A stretch of 64,000 bases of DNA from Minutocellus sp. GHC0000111 (lineage: Eukaryota): the NCBI GenBank assembly GCA_977018835.1, contig OZ361256.1:3596001-3660000 (forward strand), given 5' to 3'. A program made the translations under genes and the position numbers. Numbering within the stretch: the first letter of the stretch is position 1; every line of letters begins with the position of its first letter. Shown here piece by piece: positions 24,513 through 35,650 of this stretch. The notes under the pieces were generated by a model. The model had not been told where the DNA came from. It worked only from the letters and a program-made list of their open reading frames with translations, and made no database searches.

Positions 24513-24933
24513 TGGTTATGCCTCTCTCTCCTCGCCTCTGCCTCTCCTCTCGCCTGCTCTCGGCGCATGCAAGGAAGCAAATCTGCGCTGGTTTCAATAC
24601 ATGCTATCCTTGAAGTACAGACGCCGGGCTTTGCGTGGCAGAGATAGATCGATGACATCATAGAGAAAGCACCACATAAGATGTGCATTTCGGCCCCCGG
24701 CATCGTATCTTCATTCTACAAGACGCCGGCCCTGCCGTGCGTAGCAAGCGGTTGCACCACACCGCTACCGCGCAATAGATTGCTACTGCACCACCGCCAT
24801 TATCTCAATCGGAAGGAGAGAGGCCTGTGGTATATTGAAAGCGACCAGCAAGTTACTGGACCAGAGGCACAGAAGCTGGCTCAGAGCACAGAGGCAGGAC
24901 AGCAAACCGCGCGCAAACGCCAACACCAACACC

Positions 24934-27246
24934 ATGCCGTCCGCTACCGCGTTATCGACCTCCCTCTCCGATTCCATCCTCTCCATTGTTCCCACCTTTC
25001 GTAATGGCGGGAATGTCGCAGGTGGGGGGAAGATAACTTCAACATGTGTCGTCCCGGCGGCGGTAGCTTCCGGTGGAACTTCAAGTGCCTCCGCCGGTGG
25101 TTCCGCAGGGGCAGTGCAGCGCGCCCAGACCACCGGCTGTTACACCGATTCGTCCGGCCGGTCGCGCATCCGCCTCTTGCTTCGATTGGACTTTGGCAGC
25201 GTCAAGGAGATCGACGCTGTCGTGGAGAGCGGTTGTCTGGTACCGGCTCCATCATCGTCCAAGGCGGCGGCAAACTCGACGGGCGAAGATGCCCCTTCGG
25301 CAGCAACAGCAACAGCCGACGGCGGAGAAGACACAGACCGGCCCAAACTGAGCAAGAAAAAGAGCAAACGAAAGGGCGCCGCGTCGCTCAAATTCGAGTG
25401 CGCCCCAGTCCTCGACGAGGGCCAATCCAATCCAATCTCGGTGGAATCCATCACGGTCCAGTCAACCCACATCGATACGTCGGATCCCGAGGATTGTGCC
25501 ATCCTATTCGTGGTGGAAATTGCCGTCCGTTCTACGGATGAAGAGGCTTTGGAGGACTACGATGACGACTACACGGAAGATGGCGAGGTCAAGAGCGAGG
25601 ATGATGATGGGCATGCCGCTGCAGCCGAGAATAGACATACTGGTGGAGGTATGGACGGAAACGGCAATAGTGCAAGCGCTGGCAAGGACGGTGGCCTGCT
25701 TCAAATAAGAGCGGTCCTGTCAGAGAGAGTACCGAGCCGTCGAAGTGCTGCGGTCGTCAGACCCAGCAAGGTCCCCATCGGTCTGCTAGCACTGGATTTG
25801 GGAAGTGGCTTTGGTGGTGGAAGCGTCGGGGCTGCTGCCGGACTTGCATCAGCATCGACGTCGGAAGATGCCAACGTCAGCACCAGTACTGTTCATTACT
25901 CTACCCTTCACACTCGCACCCGACCAGTCAATTTGACTTTGAATCTCGTTGAACCGCTCGTGGTGACGGTCCGAGAGGTCGGTGGTGCTCGTGCCGCCAG
26001 CGGTGCAACCTTGGTCAGCGTCACTGTTTCACATTCCAACCAGCACGACGAGGACGTGACAGTCACCAACCTTGCCATCCATCCGGGTCATTCCCGTCCA
26101 TGGGATCCGCAGGTGGCCGCGGCGGAGTTTCAGAAGCAGCAGGGACACGGGCGATCGAGGAGTGGGAATAGCGTGACTAGTATGGCCAGCGCCACCAGCC
26201 GGTCCAGTATGGCCGACGATGCGACGGTATCACCCTCAGGCTCCCATCTACAGAACACGTCCATCCTGGCCGGAAACAATGCAGTCTTCGATATGTCTAC
26301 TTCCGCCAGGTGGGGTTATGCACCCGGAACTGCACCATCACTACCTCTCGTTTTGAAGCCGAGAGAATCCGTGGCGACCGTGCTGCAGATTGATGCCGGT
26401 GAGAATCTTCGGACAAGGGGCTACATAAGCCCCGTCGCTGTGACGGCCGTTGTCGGCGCCAAGAATGATGACACCAGTGGTACCGGTGAGGCCGGTGATG
26501 GTGCCGCTGCGATTGCTGCCGCGGCATCCGGCGAAATTACCGACCCTATCAAGGCGCTTGCGGTGCCTGCTGAGGTCCCCGTCATGGTATCAACCGATGC
26601 CCGATGGACAACAGCACGCCTAGCTGTAGAACCGGCCGATGCCTTCCGAGTCGACCTTTCTCTTGTTGGCTTCTCCTCAACGACCTGCAAGGTCGGCGCT
26701 CCCGTCGTTGTTAGCCTGCGTGTCATGAATCTGAGCAGCGAAACCAAGGATTTGATGCTTTTGATGGCAAAAGACGAGGAGAGCAGCCGTGACAAGGATG
26801 GCGGAGGACTTGGTTTTGGTGGCTTCAACAGACGATATCGGAAGAAACGGTACGGTAGCTCCAGCGCTTCAGTGCAATCGATCACGACATCAGCAAGCAC
26901 CCCGCTGGTGGGCGGTCGGCCGTATGCTCAACCGCATTCAACATCTCACGGAGTCAATACAGCCGTTGTCTCAGAAGTCAACGGCTATACCTTTGGCGTC
27001 TGGGGCCTTTCGGGCGATGATGATGGTACTGCACGCCACAACAGAGACCATGAGCTACTTGCCGTCGACGCCGCCCTCTTGCTCGGAGAGGTGAAGGCTC
27101 AACATGCAATAGAGGCCGAGTTAAGATTTGTGCCGTTGCGTGAGGGAACACTCGATGTCCCCAACCTCAAGCTCTACGACAAACTAGGCGGGCGCTGGTT
27201 CAACTGTATCCACCTACTGAAGCTCGTTGCGGCAGCGAACAATTGA
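24934..27246 (+). CDS. Putative TRAPP complex subunit (Trs65/TRAPPC13-14-like Ig folds)
   Basis: VVVSLRVMNLS and C-terminal ELRFVPLREGTLDVPNLKLYD resemble Trs65-type domains. First in-frame ATG at 24934. Confidence 0.5.
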   Translation: MPSATALSTSLSDSILSIVPTFRNGGNVAGGGKITSTCVVPAAVASGGTSSASAGGSAGAVQRAQTTGCYTDSSGRSRIRLLLRLDFGSVKEIDAVVESGCLVPAPSSSKAAANSTGEDAPSAATATADGGEDTDRPKLSKKKSKRKGAASLKFECAPVLDEGQSNPISVESITVQSTHIDTSDPEDCAILFVVEIAVRSTDEEALEDYDDDYTEDGEVKSEDDDGHAAAAENRHTGGGMDGNGNSASAGKDGGLLQIRAVLSERVPSRRSAAVVRPSKVPIGLLALDLGSGFGGGSVGAAAGLASASTSEDANVSTSTVHYSTLHTRTRPVNLTLNLVEPLVVTVREVGGARAASGATLVSVTVSHSNQHDEDVTVTNLAIHPGHSRPWDPQVAAAEFQKQQGHGRSRSGNSVTSMASATSRSSMADDATVSPSGSHLQNTSILAGNNAVFDMSTSARWGYAPGTAPSLPLVLKPRESVATVLQIDAGENLRTRGYISPVAVTAVVGAKNDDTSGTGEAGDGAAAIAAAASGEITDPIKALAVPAEVPVMVSTDARWTTARLAVEPADAFRVDLSLVGFSSTTCKVGAPVVVSLRVMNLSSETKDLMLLMAKDEESSRDKDGGGLGFGGFNRRYRKKRYGSSSASVQSITTSASTPLVGGRPYAQPHSTSHGVNTAVVSEVNGYTFGVWGLSGDDDGTARHNRDHELLAVDAALLLGEVKAQHAIEAELRFVPLREGTLDVPNLKLYDKLGGRWFNCIHLLKLVAAANN

Positions 27247-27299
27247 TGCAAGTAGTGAAATAAGGATTTCTATCATTCCAAGCAGCAATAAATGTAATA

Positions 27300-29084
27300 C
27301 TATCTTAAAGAAGGCCACTCGTAGTCCTCCTTGAATGCATCTCCACTCTTCAAGTCGCAAAAGACGTTCATTGCCTTGAGATACATCTTTGTTTCTCTCT
27401 CGCGGTGCATCGACCCCTTTTCATACCTGGAGTCGTAGTCTCGAATCTCGCACTTGTCTCCACGGGTGACCAAGACCTCGTGCTTGGTCAGTTCCGCTTC
27501 TCTCTTTTTCTTGTTGTGTTGTAATTTTGGATCAATGAATGAGTCAATGACTTCTTGAGTAAGCTTGTTTGGCGGAGCCGGCACATGACACTTGGTCGTC
27601 AATTCGTCCGCTATTCTCTGAGTTTCTTCCAGTGGGTTCGCCAATATTGCCTCGTTGCTTGATAGGACTCGGCACATTCCCTTCATATTCTGGACGGCAC
27701 GCATATTGTAGGCAATCCAAATCCGGAGGCCATGTTCTAAATCAAAATCGTCCTCTCGCTTCTCCAATGACATGGCCACCTCTAACGGATGCCTGTAGGT
27801 AAAAATGATAGCAGGCTCCGTCTTTAGCAACGGAAGCCATGTCTTGATCGTAATGCAAAGTCTTGGATCCTTCCATAGCCAAGGTGTACTGAGAGGGTTG
27901 TTCAGAAATTTGAGTGCTGCCTCTCCCTCGGAAAAGTCAAGTTCATTGGCCTCCTTCATTTTGAGAGCCTTGTCGGCATCGTAATTGACGACTCCAGATG
28001 CCCACCACACATGCTGCTTCCTCATGAACTCATCACTCTGCAAAACAGCCGTGCGGAGTTCAAAGAAGCCCTTCTCGTTGTCAAAGGCCGCACCAATCAA
28101 AGGCTTGCCCACATTGTAACCCATGCCCGAAACCAGTAGACCGGATAACATGGAGGTACCCGAGCGGTGCATGCCAAGAACAACGAATCCATCCCTCTGC
28201 GATATGGACGTATCACCGGCAGTATCAAGCTGCTTCTCGTCACCAGCTGCCGGATCGACCTGCTGCTGTTTTCTCTGTTCTTCTCTCATCTCCTTTACTC
28301 GATCGTTTTCCATACCGGCAATCTCATCCAACCCTGCCATGCCCTCGTTTTCCAATACGGCCTCAATTCCCGACCTGAGCTTCTTGGCGCGTTTCTTGAC
28401 CTTGTGCCCTGGTGAATACTTGTCCCCATCTCCGCCACCGTCAGCATGTGCCGGCGGCTCTACCTCCACATGCGACATGGCATCCTCCAGCGGCTGTCGA
28501 TTCTTCTTGTTCTTGCGTCCGAATTCATCACCGGGCAATTCATCCGCCACAACCTTCAACAGTCCAGCATTGCCCCGTTCCAACAGCCGTTCGGCCTCGG
28601 CCCGATGCGTCTGCCTCTGCTTCCTCCTGCGCTCCCGTTCGGTGCTGAACTCGCCCACGGCCTCATCAATCAGCTGCCCGTAGGCCGGGTGGAGCTTCTG
28701 ACGGACCTTGCCACCGATGACCTTGAGCTCTTGCTTGACCGTTTCGAATTCTTGTCGAACGACCGAACCGGCCTTGAGGAGGTCGGCCTTTTGCGGTAGG
28801 TGGGCACCGTCCAATCCGCTGAACTTGCGCCGCACGGTGCCTCGGACGTGGAGGGACGATTCGTCTCTGCTCACGGAGAGCATGGGCAGCAAACATGCCA
28901 GGACCAATGCGTAGCACAATAGGAATGTGCCGAGGATCAATGCCGGGAGGGGACCAAACGGTAAAAACGATGCGATGGATGTGTGGTCGTGCCGGTAGCG
29001 ACGAGCAGCGCCGCGCGTCCGAGTGCCTCCCGCCGCACCACCAGCCTTGCCACGAGTACGCGGCTGCCGAAGCGGTGCGTGCAT
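27300..29084 (-). CDS. Golgi-type sulfotransferase family protein
   Basis: N-terminal TM segment; PAPS-binding VLGMHRSGTS; WKDPR; YRHPLEVAMS. Confidence 0.85.
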   Translation of the reverse strand: MHAPLRQPRTRGKAGGAAGGTRTRGAARRYRHDHTSIASFLPFGPLPALILGTFLLCYALVLACLLPMLSVSRDESSLHVRGTVRRKFSGLDGAHLPQKADLLKAGSVVRQEFETVKQELKVIGGKVRQKLHPAYGQLIDEAVGEFSTERERRRKQRQTHRAEAERLLERGNAGLLKVVADELPGDEFGRKNKKNRQPLEDAMSHVEVEPPAHADGGGDGDKYSPGHKVKKRAKKLRSGIEAVLENEGMAGLDEIAGMENDRVKEMREEQRKQQQVDPAAGDEKQLDTAGDTSISQRDGFVVLGMHRSGTSMLSGLLVSGMGYNVGKPLIGAAFDNEKGFFELRTAVLQSDEFMRKQHVWWASGVVNYDADKALKMKEANELDFSEGEAALKFLNNPLSTPWLWKDPRLCITIKTWLPLLKTEPAIIFTYRHPLEVAMSLEKREDDFDLEHGLRIWIAYNMRAVQNMKGMCRVLSSNEAILANPLEETQRIADELTTKCHVPAPPNKLTQEVIDSFIDPKLQHNKKKREAELTKHEVLVTRGDKCEIRDYDSRYEKGSMHRERETKMYLKAMNVFCDLKSGDAFKEDYEWPSLR

Positions 29085-29440
29085 GTTGCTTTAGCTCTTG
29101 CTGGCCACTGGAGCGGAGGAGGACGGTACCGTCACGAAAAACAACAAGTGCCAGTAAGTACGACCAAGACTGGAAAGATATGGAGCTTGTTAGAGTGCAA
29201 GACGTGGCAAGGGTGATACTCTCCCCTCTATTGTCTCTCCACTGCTTGTTGGCCACCTGGTAGAGAGGGGTCGCGAGGATAGGAGCAGGGTAGTGCAGCA
29301 CGGTGGTACAGGATACGCAAGCAATGATGAGGAACGAACGGCAAGCCGCTAAAAGCAGGGATTTCCCTCTTTTCTCATTTAATCCGCTATTCCTGAAAAA
29401 CCAAAACTCGAGCAATTTTAGCAGTGACTGTGACTCGACT

Positions 29441-30895
29441 CTACTTTGTTAGCGTTGCATTCATGATAGTGCCCTGATCCTTCCACATGGGCATGTAGCC
29501 CAGCGGACTCTCTTGCATTATGGGCAAGTATTCCTCGTTCCATTTCGTCAAGTCGATTCCAAGGTCCAATTCCCTGCTCACTTCCGCGAGTTCCCTATAC
29601 CAAAACACCTTGGCCTGGGCGGTTGATCGAAAAGTACCAAAGTTGGGGTTGTTGATTTGGTCCACGTTGATGCTATTCTGCCACGGTTTCGTTTTTCCAT
29701 AAAAGTGCACCCAACCATTGTACGGCGGGTGGCAGGTCCAGTCCAGTTTCTGCCCTGTCTGCGCACAACCACCAGTTTCGAGCAGTGGCTTTCCGACATA
29801 GTTCATCAGAGTATTCGGCGTATCGGATTCCTGGAATGGATCATTGCTACCACGAAGATTGCCTCGTTTGGAAGAACCAGTCTCCGTCCAGCTTTGGATC
29901 CGATCTCCAATAATGATACTAACATCCTTCTTGGCATACTTGGCAAAGTAATACAGCAATCCTTGATCAGCATGGGCGGCGTGCCAGGCCCATCGCCTTC
30001 CGTACTTGACCCGGATGCCCTCCCAGAAATCATTTGCTTCGATGAAGCTGTGGCCCCATCCCCATATTTTGTCAAAGTGAGGATATGGTAGCTTTTGACC
30101 TTGTTCGTGCTGCTTCCGGACGATTTCCTCCATCATGTCACTGTCGCCCTCCAATGGTTCCAGCATGAACATTCCTCCGTTGCTCGGTTCACCTCTCGTG
30201 GCGTAAATCATGTTTGGTTTGAGGAGGGTGGGAGCATCGACACAGTCCGGATCGCTCAGCTTCATAAACATATCAAAGTTCACAAGGGGCATCACATCGG
30301 CATCGAGGTACAGCACCCGATTGTACTGCGTCATTTGCGTCAGCTCAAACTTGTCGTACTGCAGCTGCGTGAAGGACTCGTGATGGAGCTTGGGCAGGAG
30401 CGTAACGCTAATGTTGTACCCGGCGAACATCCTCATGTCCTCCTCTGGCAGTGTGGTGCGGTTCGATTCGGGCGATAGCCGGGCAAAGACGTGACAATCG
30501 GCGGTGGAACCCAAACGACGCAGGATTCGGACCGATACCAGCGTGGAATAGATGAATCCCTTGTACGACGGTTTGGCCTCGTTGATTGCTCCCAGAACGA
30601 ACGCGTACGCGTACGGTGAATTCGTGGGGGTGGCATCGGCCCCATGTTTGGTCGTCGGTTGTACCTGATTCTCATTGTCGGTTGCCGCTGAAGAAAAGAG
30701 TGCTCCCTCCACCATTGCCGCCGTTGGTGAACCAATGATGATCAGCCCCATCAAATAAGTGAAGACAAGTACATGCAAGGTCGACCATTGTGACTTCGCA
30801 TGTACCGGTATCTCATCGCTCCTTCTCCTTCGCCTACCAATGCGGCGGCGAGACGGATCGTATTGATATTCGTGAGCAGATGTGTTGTCTGGCAT
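29441..30895 (-). CDS. Glycosyltransferase family 8 (glycogenin-like)
   Basis: TM segment; YNRVLYLDADV (DxD), NGGMFMLEP, ADQGLL, HFYGKTKPW. Confidence 0.85.
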   Translation of the reverse strand: MPDNTSAHEYQYDPSRRRIGRRRRRSDEIPVHAKSQWSTLHVLVFTYLMGLIIIGSPTAAMVEGALFSSAATDNENQVQPTTKHGADATPTNSPYAYAFVLGAINEAKPSYKGFIYSTLVSVRILRRLGSTADCHVFARLSPESNRTTLPEEDMRMFAGYNISVTLLPKLHHESFTQLQYDKFELTQMTQYNRVLYLDADVMPLVNFDMFMKLSDPDCVDAPTLLKPNMIYATRGEPSNGGMFMLEPLEGDSDMMEEIVRKQHEQGQKLPYPHFDKIWGWGHSFIEANDFWEGIRVKYGRRWAWHAAHADQGLLYYFAKYAKKDVSIIIGDRIQSWTETGSSKRGNLRGSNDPFQESDTPNTLMNYVGKPLLETGGCAQTGQKLDWTCHPPYNGWVHFYGKTKPWQNSINVDQINNPNFGTFRSTAQAKVFWYRELAEVSRELDLGIDLTKWNEEYLPIMQESPLGYMPMWKDQGTIMNATLTK

Positions 30896-31252
30896 GGTGG
30901 CGAAAGGCTTCGAGTCGAGGCAATATGTCGAGGTGGCTGACCCTCTGACCTCTCGATCTCGTGACTCTCGTGACGTGCCGTGCCGGAAAAATTTGTGCTT
31001 TTTTGCGAACAAACTTGACTTTTCTTTCCAACGTAATCATGACCTAATAAAGAAATCGTCTGTTTTCAACCGTGATGATGTCAGACAGACACTTCTCCCT
31101 CCACCGCCCAATTATCTCTGCTTGGCCCAATTTGAAGAGGCATGAGATGCGCAACGTTGCTGCTCTCGGATATCTCCAACGCACATCCCGCACTCTTGTC
31201 GAAGTCAAGTCACAACAACCATAAATATCAGCTGTTCTAAATATTTCCCAAC

Positions 31253-34200
31253 ATGAGCAGCACCGGAGGAGGAGGCAAGCGCAGCCGACCTTCAGGACCC
31301 AAAACGCACATCCAATCCGATTTCTCCAAGCGACCCAAGGCCAAGGTCGGCAAGCGTGCCCGCAAGCCCGCCAACGTTACCGATACCAAGTTCCGCGCCG
31401 CCTCGGTCAAGGTCAAGGCACAGGATGCCATTGGAAGAACTGGCTCGGGCGCCGCTGGAGGTGGAGACGCGTCATCGGACGTCGCGGCGTCGCTAACCAG
31501 CCTGGAATTGGAATCGTCACGAGGCAAGTCGCTGTCTCTGCTGCTGTCGACGTTGAATCATCACTCGTCCGTCGTTCGTCTTTCTTCGCTCGGTGGGCTG
31601 AAGGATGTCATTGCCCCCAATCGGGCCAGTATCGCTGCCGTTCGGACCAATTTGAATGCCATCGTGCCAGCCCTCGGTAGGAGCTGCTGCGTCGATGACG
31701 ACGATGAAGTGCGCAAGACGGCTTTGGAATTGTTTGCTGAAATTGCAGCGAGGGTTGGAGAGGACGATGGTGCACCCGTTGATGGCGGCGATGATACTAC
31801 AAAGAGATCTGAAGTGACATCGCGGCACTTATCGCCCTACCTGCCCTTACTGGTGGCGTATGTCACATCGGCTCTCAACAGTTTGGACGTGTCCATTCGA
31901 TTGGATGGTGCCAGGGCAGTGGAAACTCTCATCAAGGTAATGGGAATGTCTGAGGTTGGTCGCCCGCAGTACGTCAAGGATATGCTCCCCGCCTACGTTC
32001 GTGTCATGGTCGATGCCAAAGCCAAGGGCACGGAGGATTCCAGACCGACGTCGGGTACCGTCAGCGCAGCGGCCAAGTCATCCGAAAAAAAGAAGAAAAA
32101 CAAGAAAGGTAGCAAGGAAAAGGCCAAGGATTCGGCACAGAATGCCAAGTCGGCAGCCGTGCTACGTTCTCTTGTTTTGCTATTGAAAGCGGCTGCCGCC
32201 TCATCGGCTAGTGTTGGCAGCAATTCTGGTGAATGGGAAGTGGAAGCAGATGGTGGAAATGTGATTGATCTCAGGCCATCGCTATCTCAGCCCGATCTCA
32301 CATTCGTTCGAGGTGGTACCGCATCCAATGCCCTTCTTGCGCATAGGACTGGTACGGCGGTAAATGCCAACAGTTTGTTATCATCCTTGGACGCATTGGC
32401 TTCAGAATCAAATCATCAGAAGGTCAGCGGCGGCGACGCCGCTGGAACAATGGCGTCCAACGCCGCAATGTCTATCGAGGTTCAAGTAGAGCTCTTCGGT
32501 CGCCTACGGGATGGGCTAGTAGAACTTTCTCAGGCGGGACACTTCGTTGGAAGGGGCCGGGGCGCCAACGGTGATGGAAATACAGGTTTGTGTCTGTCAC
32601 AATCATGCCTGGAGGAGATGCATGCCATCATCAGTGCGGTCCGGCTGATCTGGAGAATGTATTCTCGATCCCTCGTGGCTGCTTACATGCCAGCAACGGG
32701 AAAGAAGAAATCAAGCGAAGACGTATTGCCAAAAAAGTTGCGTTCTGTCACTAGTGCAATTCACTCTCAATTCATCAGCATGCTTCCTTTGATGAGTGGG
32801 GATGGAGGTGGAAGAAGTGACGGTAACCAGGATTCGTCCCGATATGATGGAGCCAATGCAATCCTTTGCTCGGCAGTAGGAGAGCTTGGATGCGTCTTGG
32901 AGCGCACAAGTACACCCAAGTCGCAGAAGGCCTCGGACTCAGAACCCGCGGGTGATGGGACATCTTCTATTTGGACAAATACGGTATTTGCATATGTTTT
33001 ACCTCGACTCGACACCGACAGTGACGTTATTGTTGACGTAACCATTCTCAAGGTCGTAGGGCAGCTCATCTTTGGTCCTTTCCTCGACAATGAGCCCAAG
33101 AGAAGAAAGGAGCTGATTGAAAAGTTTGGAGAGGCCTTCTTTCCCAGCGATGGCAATGTCAACCAGAATGTCTGCAATTCAGCCTCTGGGCGTTTAGCCT
33201 CTATGCTATTGGTCGATCTGATGCTCAAAATTTTTCCAATGCCCATCGGTAAGGATGCTGCGAGCAGTGATGTCCATCAGACGCGGCTATTGGTTGGATC
33301 AATGGCCCAAGTACTTCCGTCATATCTCCTGCACTGGGAAGACCAGTTCCCTCAACAAAGCGCTACCGTACTTGCTACTCTCATGGGCATTGCTCGGAGA
33401 TACAGAACTGGCTCACCGTTGAATGTCGAAGGAAGTTTCATTGAGGCTTTCGAAGACAATGGAGATTCCACCGATACGGCTCAACGAGATCAAGATCCTA
33501 TTGCTCTTCTCGTCAAGTCTCTCCGAAGTACCATCGGGGTACTGTTTGAACAGCCAAAGAAGAGCAAAAAAAAGGACGAAAACTTATCGCCCCTTCCTTC
33601 TTTGCGCCAACAATCCATTTTCGAGTGCATGCCTGATGAGATTCAGCGCCTCATTCTTGGTCTATTCGGCCTCCTGCAATATCCCAAGGATAGCAATGTC
33701 ACCGCTCTTGCCAAAATATGTGCTCGTTCATCAATCGATGATATCATGAAAGACTATATCATGGATGTGATGTACAGTATTCGCAAAACTTTGCTTATGC
33801 AGCTCTTTCTGACATTCCTTGTCAATAGTTCCGGCCTTTCTTCCATCAAGAAGGCCAAGAAAAAGAAAGAAGGGGGCGATGAGGGTGATGACGTCAATGT
33901 GCAGCCCGCAGACATTTTCCACTATGACCTTGCCATTGAACGGCTTTGCCGAGCAATTGTACGATGCGGTGGCTCTAGTATTCTGCCTATGCTTGTGCCA
34001 CTTTTGTCGTCTTGGCTCGGCAACTCAAAAGGCAATCAGTCCAGCCCACAAATAGCCACCGAAGTCCAGCGGCGGGCTGTGTTTGCCATTTTAGCATGCA
34101 TGTCGTTTGATGGCACTGCTGAACTTGACGAAAAGCTGAAAACTGCTGTGGTGGAGGCATCGATTTTAATATTATACCGGAATATCGAGGAGAAAGATGA

Positions 34201-34519
34201 CCAGGAGCGATTGCTCGCTCCACTTGTGGCAGTGATGGTGAATCAACCAAACATTTTATCCTCGACTCTGGAGAGTCTGATCGCCAGTGTGCCAGAGTCG
34301 TCAGAAAATGACTTACAGGGCCTTATCCGCTCCTTTTTGTATTTGATTAAGAGTTCCGCGCTTGGCATCACACTAAAGGAGCAAGCGAATGCCGACCAAC
34401 TCGAACATTTGGGACAAGTCATTGAAAAGAAGGTTGCGGGCGGGCCTTTTGATCGCATGGGAGGTGCACTTAGCACCGAGATACAAATCCACATTGGAAG
34501 AAAAGTCGGTGGCACATAA
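31253..34519 (+). CDS. TEX10: TEX10/Ipi1 pre-60S Rix1-complex subunit (ARM/HEAT)
   Basis: N-terminal DFSKRPKAKVGK...NVTDTKF, HHSSVVRLSSLGGL, LLVAYVTSALNSLDVSIRLDG. Confidence 0.8.
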   Translation: MSSTGGGGKRSRPSGPKTHIQSDFSKRPKAKVGKRARKPANVTDTKFRAASVKVKAQDAIGRTGSGAAGGGDASSDVAASLTSLELESSRGKSLSLLLSTLNHHSSVVRLSSLGGLKDVIAPNRASIAAVRTNLNAIVPALGRSCCVDDDDEVRKTALELFAEIAARVGEDDGAPVDGGDDTTKRSEVTSRHLSPYLPLLVAYVTSALNSLDVSIRLDGARAVETLIKVMGMSEVGRPQYVKDMLPAYVRVMVDAKAKGTEDSRPTSGTVSAAAKSSEKKKKNKKGSKEKAKDSAQNAKSAAVLRSLVLLLKAAAASSASVGSNSGEWEVEADGGNVIDLRPSLSQPDLTFVRGGTASNALLAHRTGTAVNANSLLSSLDALASESNHQKVSGGDAAGTMASNAAMSIEVQVELFGRLRDGLVELSQAGHFVGRGRGANGDGNTGLCLSQSCLEEMHAIISAVRLIWRMYSRSLVAAYMPATGKKKSSEDVLPKKLRSVTSAIHSQFISMLPLMSGDGGGRSDGNQDSSRYDGANAILCSAVGELGCVLERTSTPKSQKASDSEPAGDGTSSIWTNTVFAYVLPRLDTDSDVIVDVTILKVVGQLIFGPFLDNEPKRRKELIEKFGEAFFPSDGNVNQNVCNSASGRLASMLLVDLMLKIFPMPIGKDAASSDVHQTRLLVGSMAQVLPSYLLHWEDQFPQQSATVLATLMGIARRYRTGSPLNVEGSFIEAFEDNGDSTDTAQRDQDPIALLVKSLRSTIGVLFEQPKKSKKKDENLSPLPSLRQQSIFECMPDEIQRLILGLFGLLQYPKDSNVTALAKICARSSIDDIMKDYIMDVMYSIRKTLLMQLFLTFLVNSSGLSSIKKAKKKKEGGDEGDDVNVQPADIFHYDLAIERLCRAIVRCGGSSILPMLVPLLSSWLGNSKGNQSSPQIATEVQRRAVFAILACMSFDGTAELDEKLKTAVVEASILILYRNIEEKDDQERLLAPLVAVMVNQPNILSSTLESLIASVPESSENDLQGLIRSFLYLIKSSALGITLKEQANADQLEHLGQVIEKKVAGGPFDRMGGALSTEIQIHIGRKVGGT

Positions 34520-34657
34520 AAATACTTTCTGTGGTAGTAACAATTTATAACTTGGTTTCATGCGATTTTTATGTACATTTAAATTTGTAGTTGTACAATT
34601 GTAGCCACTTTCATTCGATGTGTGTGTGTGTGTGTTGTCGGTGTTCAATCCTTTCCA

Positions 34658-34673
34658 TAACCCTAACCCTAAC
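34658..34673. repeat. Short interstitial telomere-like repeat TAACCCTAACCCTAAC
   Basis: About 2.7 units of TTAGGG on the minus strand, close to a (TG)n run at 34619-34635. Confidence 0.5.
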
Positions 34674-34676
34674 TTC

Positions 34677-35650
34677 TTACAGGGAGGATCGCATGTGCAT
34701 CGTCCCAGCGCCTCCGGTACCGATCTGGGCTGAAACATCTGGCGGCATGGTATATCCTTCAGGATAGTGGTCCTTGTACCAAAACTTGGCAATTTCGTCT
34801 CGTCGGCATATCCACACATCATCCCCAAAGCTTTTGGCAAAGTCAATAAAATCCTCCAAACCAGCCGTACGGCCAGGACGGCCGACCAATCGACAATGCA
34901 ATCCGACCGTCATCATCTTGGGCGCGCCCCTCCGACCTTCATCGACGAGATATCTCAGATAGTCCTTGAGGTAGGTGGCAAATTCTCCACCATGGCTGAA
35001 TCCATTGATGGCGAATCGCATGTCATTCTCGCTCAAGGTGTAGGGGATGATGAGATGAGGTCGGTTGCCATACTCCATCATGTCGTACAGGAACCCACCC
35101 TCTTCCACCACAAATTGGCGCGTATGGACGTTAGGCTTACCTTGATACATTCCAACAGGTCGACATCCAATAAGATCCTTGTGGATCTGCACGGTCCGAG
35201 CAATGTGCTCCCTCTCGACGTCGGGGGACACATTCTGATAGTCCCACCAGCGATATCCATGGGAGGCAACCTCCAACCAGCCTGGACCATGGCCTTGCAC
35301 GCGGCGCGGTTCCTTTCCAATGCCATACCGACGGCGTACACCGTGCAGGGCACTTGCTTGCGTTGGAAGAGATCGTGCAGTCTCCAGAACCCAGCTCGGC
35401 TGCCGTAGTCATACAGACTTTCCATGTTGGCACGGCGCTGATCGGGATACGCCGCCGCGCCGGCAATTTCAGACAGCAGCTTTTCGGATTCCGTGTCTCC
35501 GTGGAGCAGACAGTTCTCTCCACCCTCTTCGTAATTGAGAACAAGGTTGAGCGCTACCTTGGCACCGTTGGGCCACAGGGGCTTGGGCGGGGAAGATCCA
35601 TATCCGACAACGTCGCGTACGTTGCCGGTGGAACCGCCACCGTAGTAGCT
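34677..35650 (-). pseudogene. puuE: Allantoinase PuuE (polysaccharide-deacetylase fold), disrupted
   Basis: RDVVGYG, WPNGAKVALNLVLNYEEGGE, ESLYDYGSRAGFWRL, EVASHGYRW, GLHCRLVGRPGR. One-base frameshift at ~35273; the conserved SDSYxDDLPYW segment is missing at ~35082; no in-frame start found. Confidence 0.85.
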
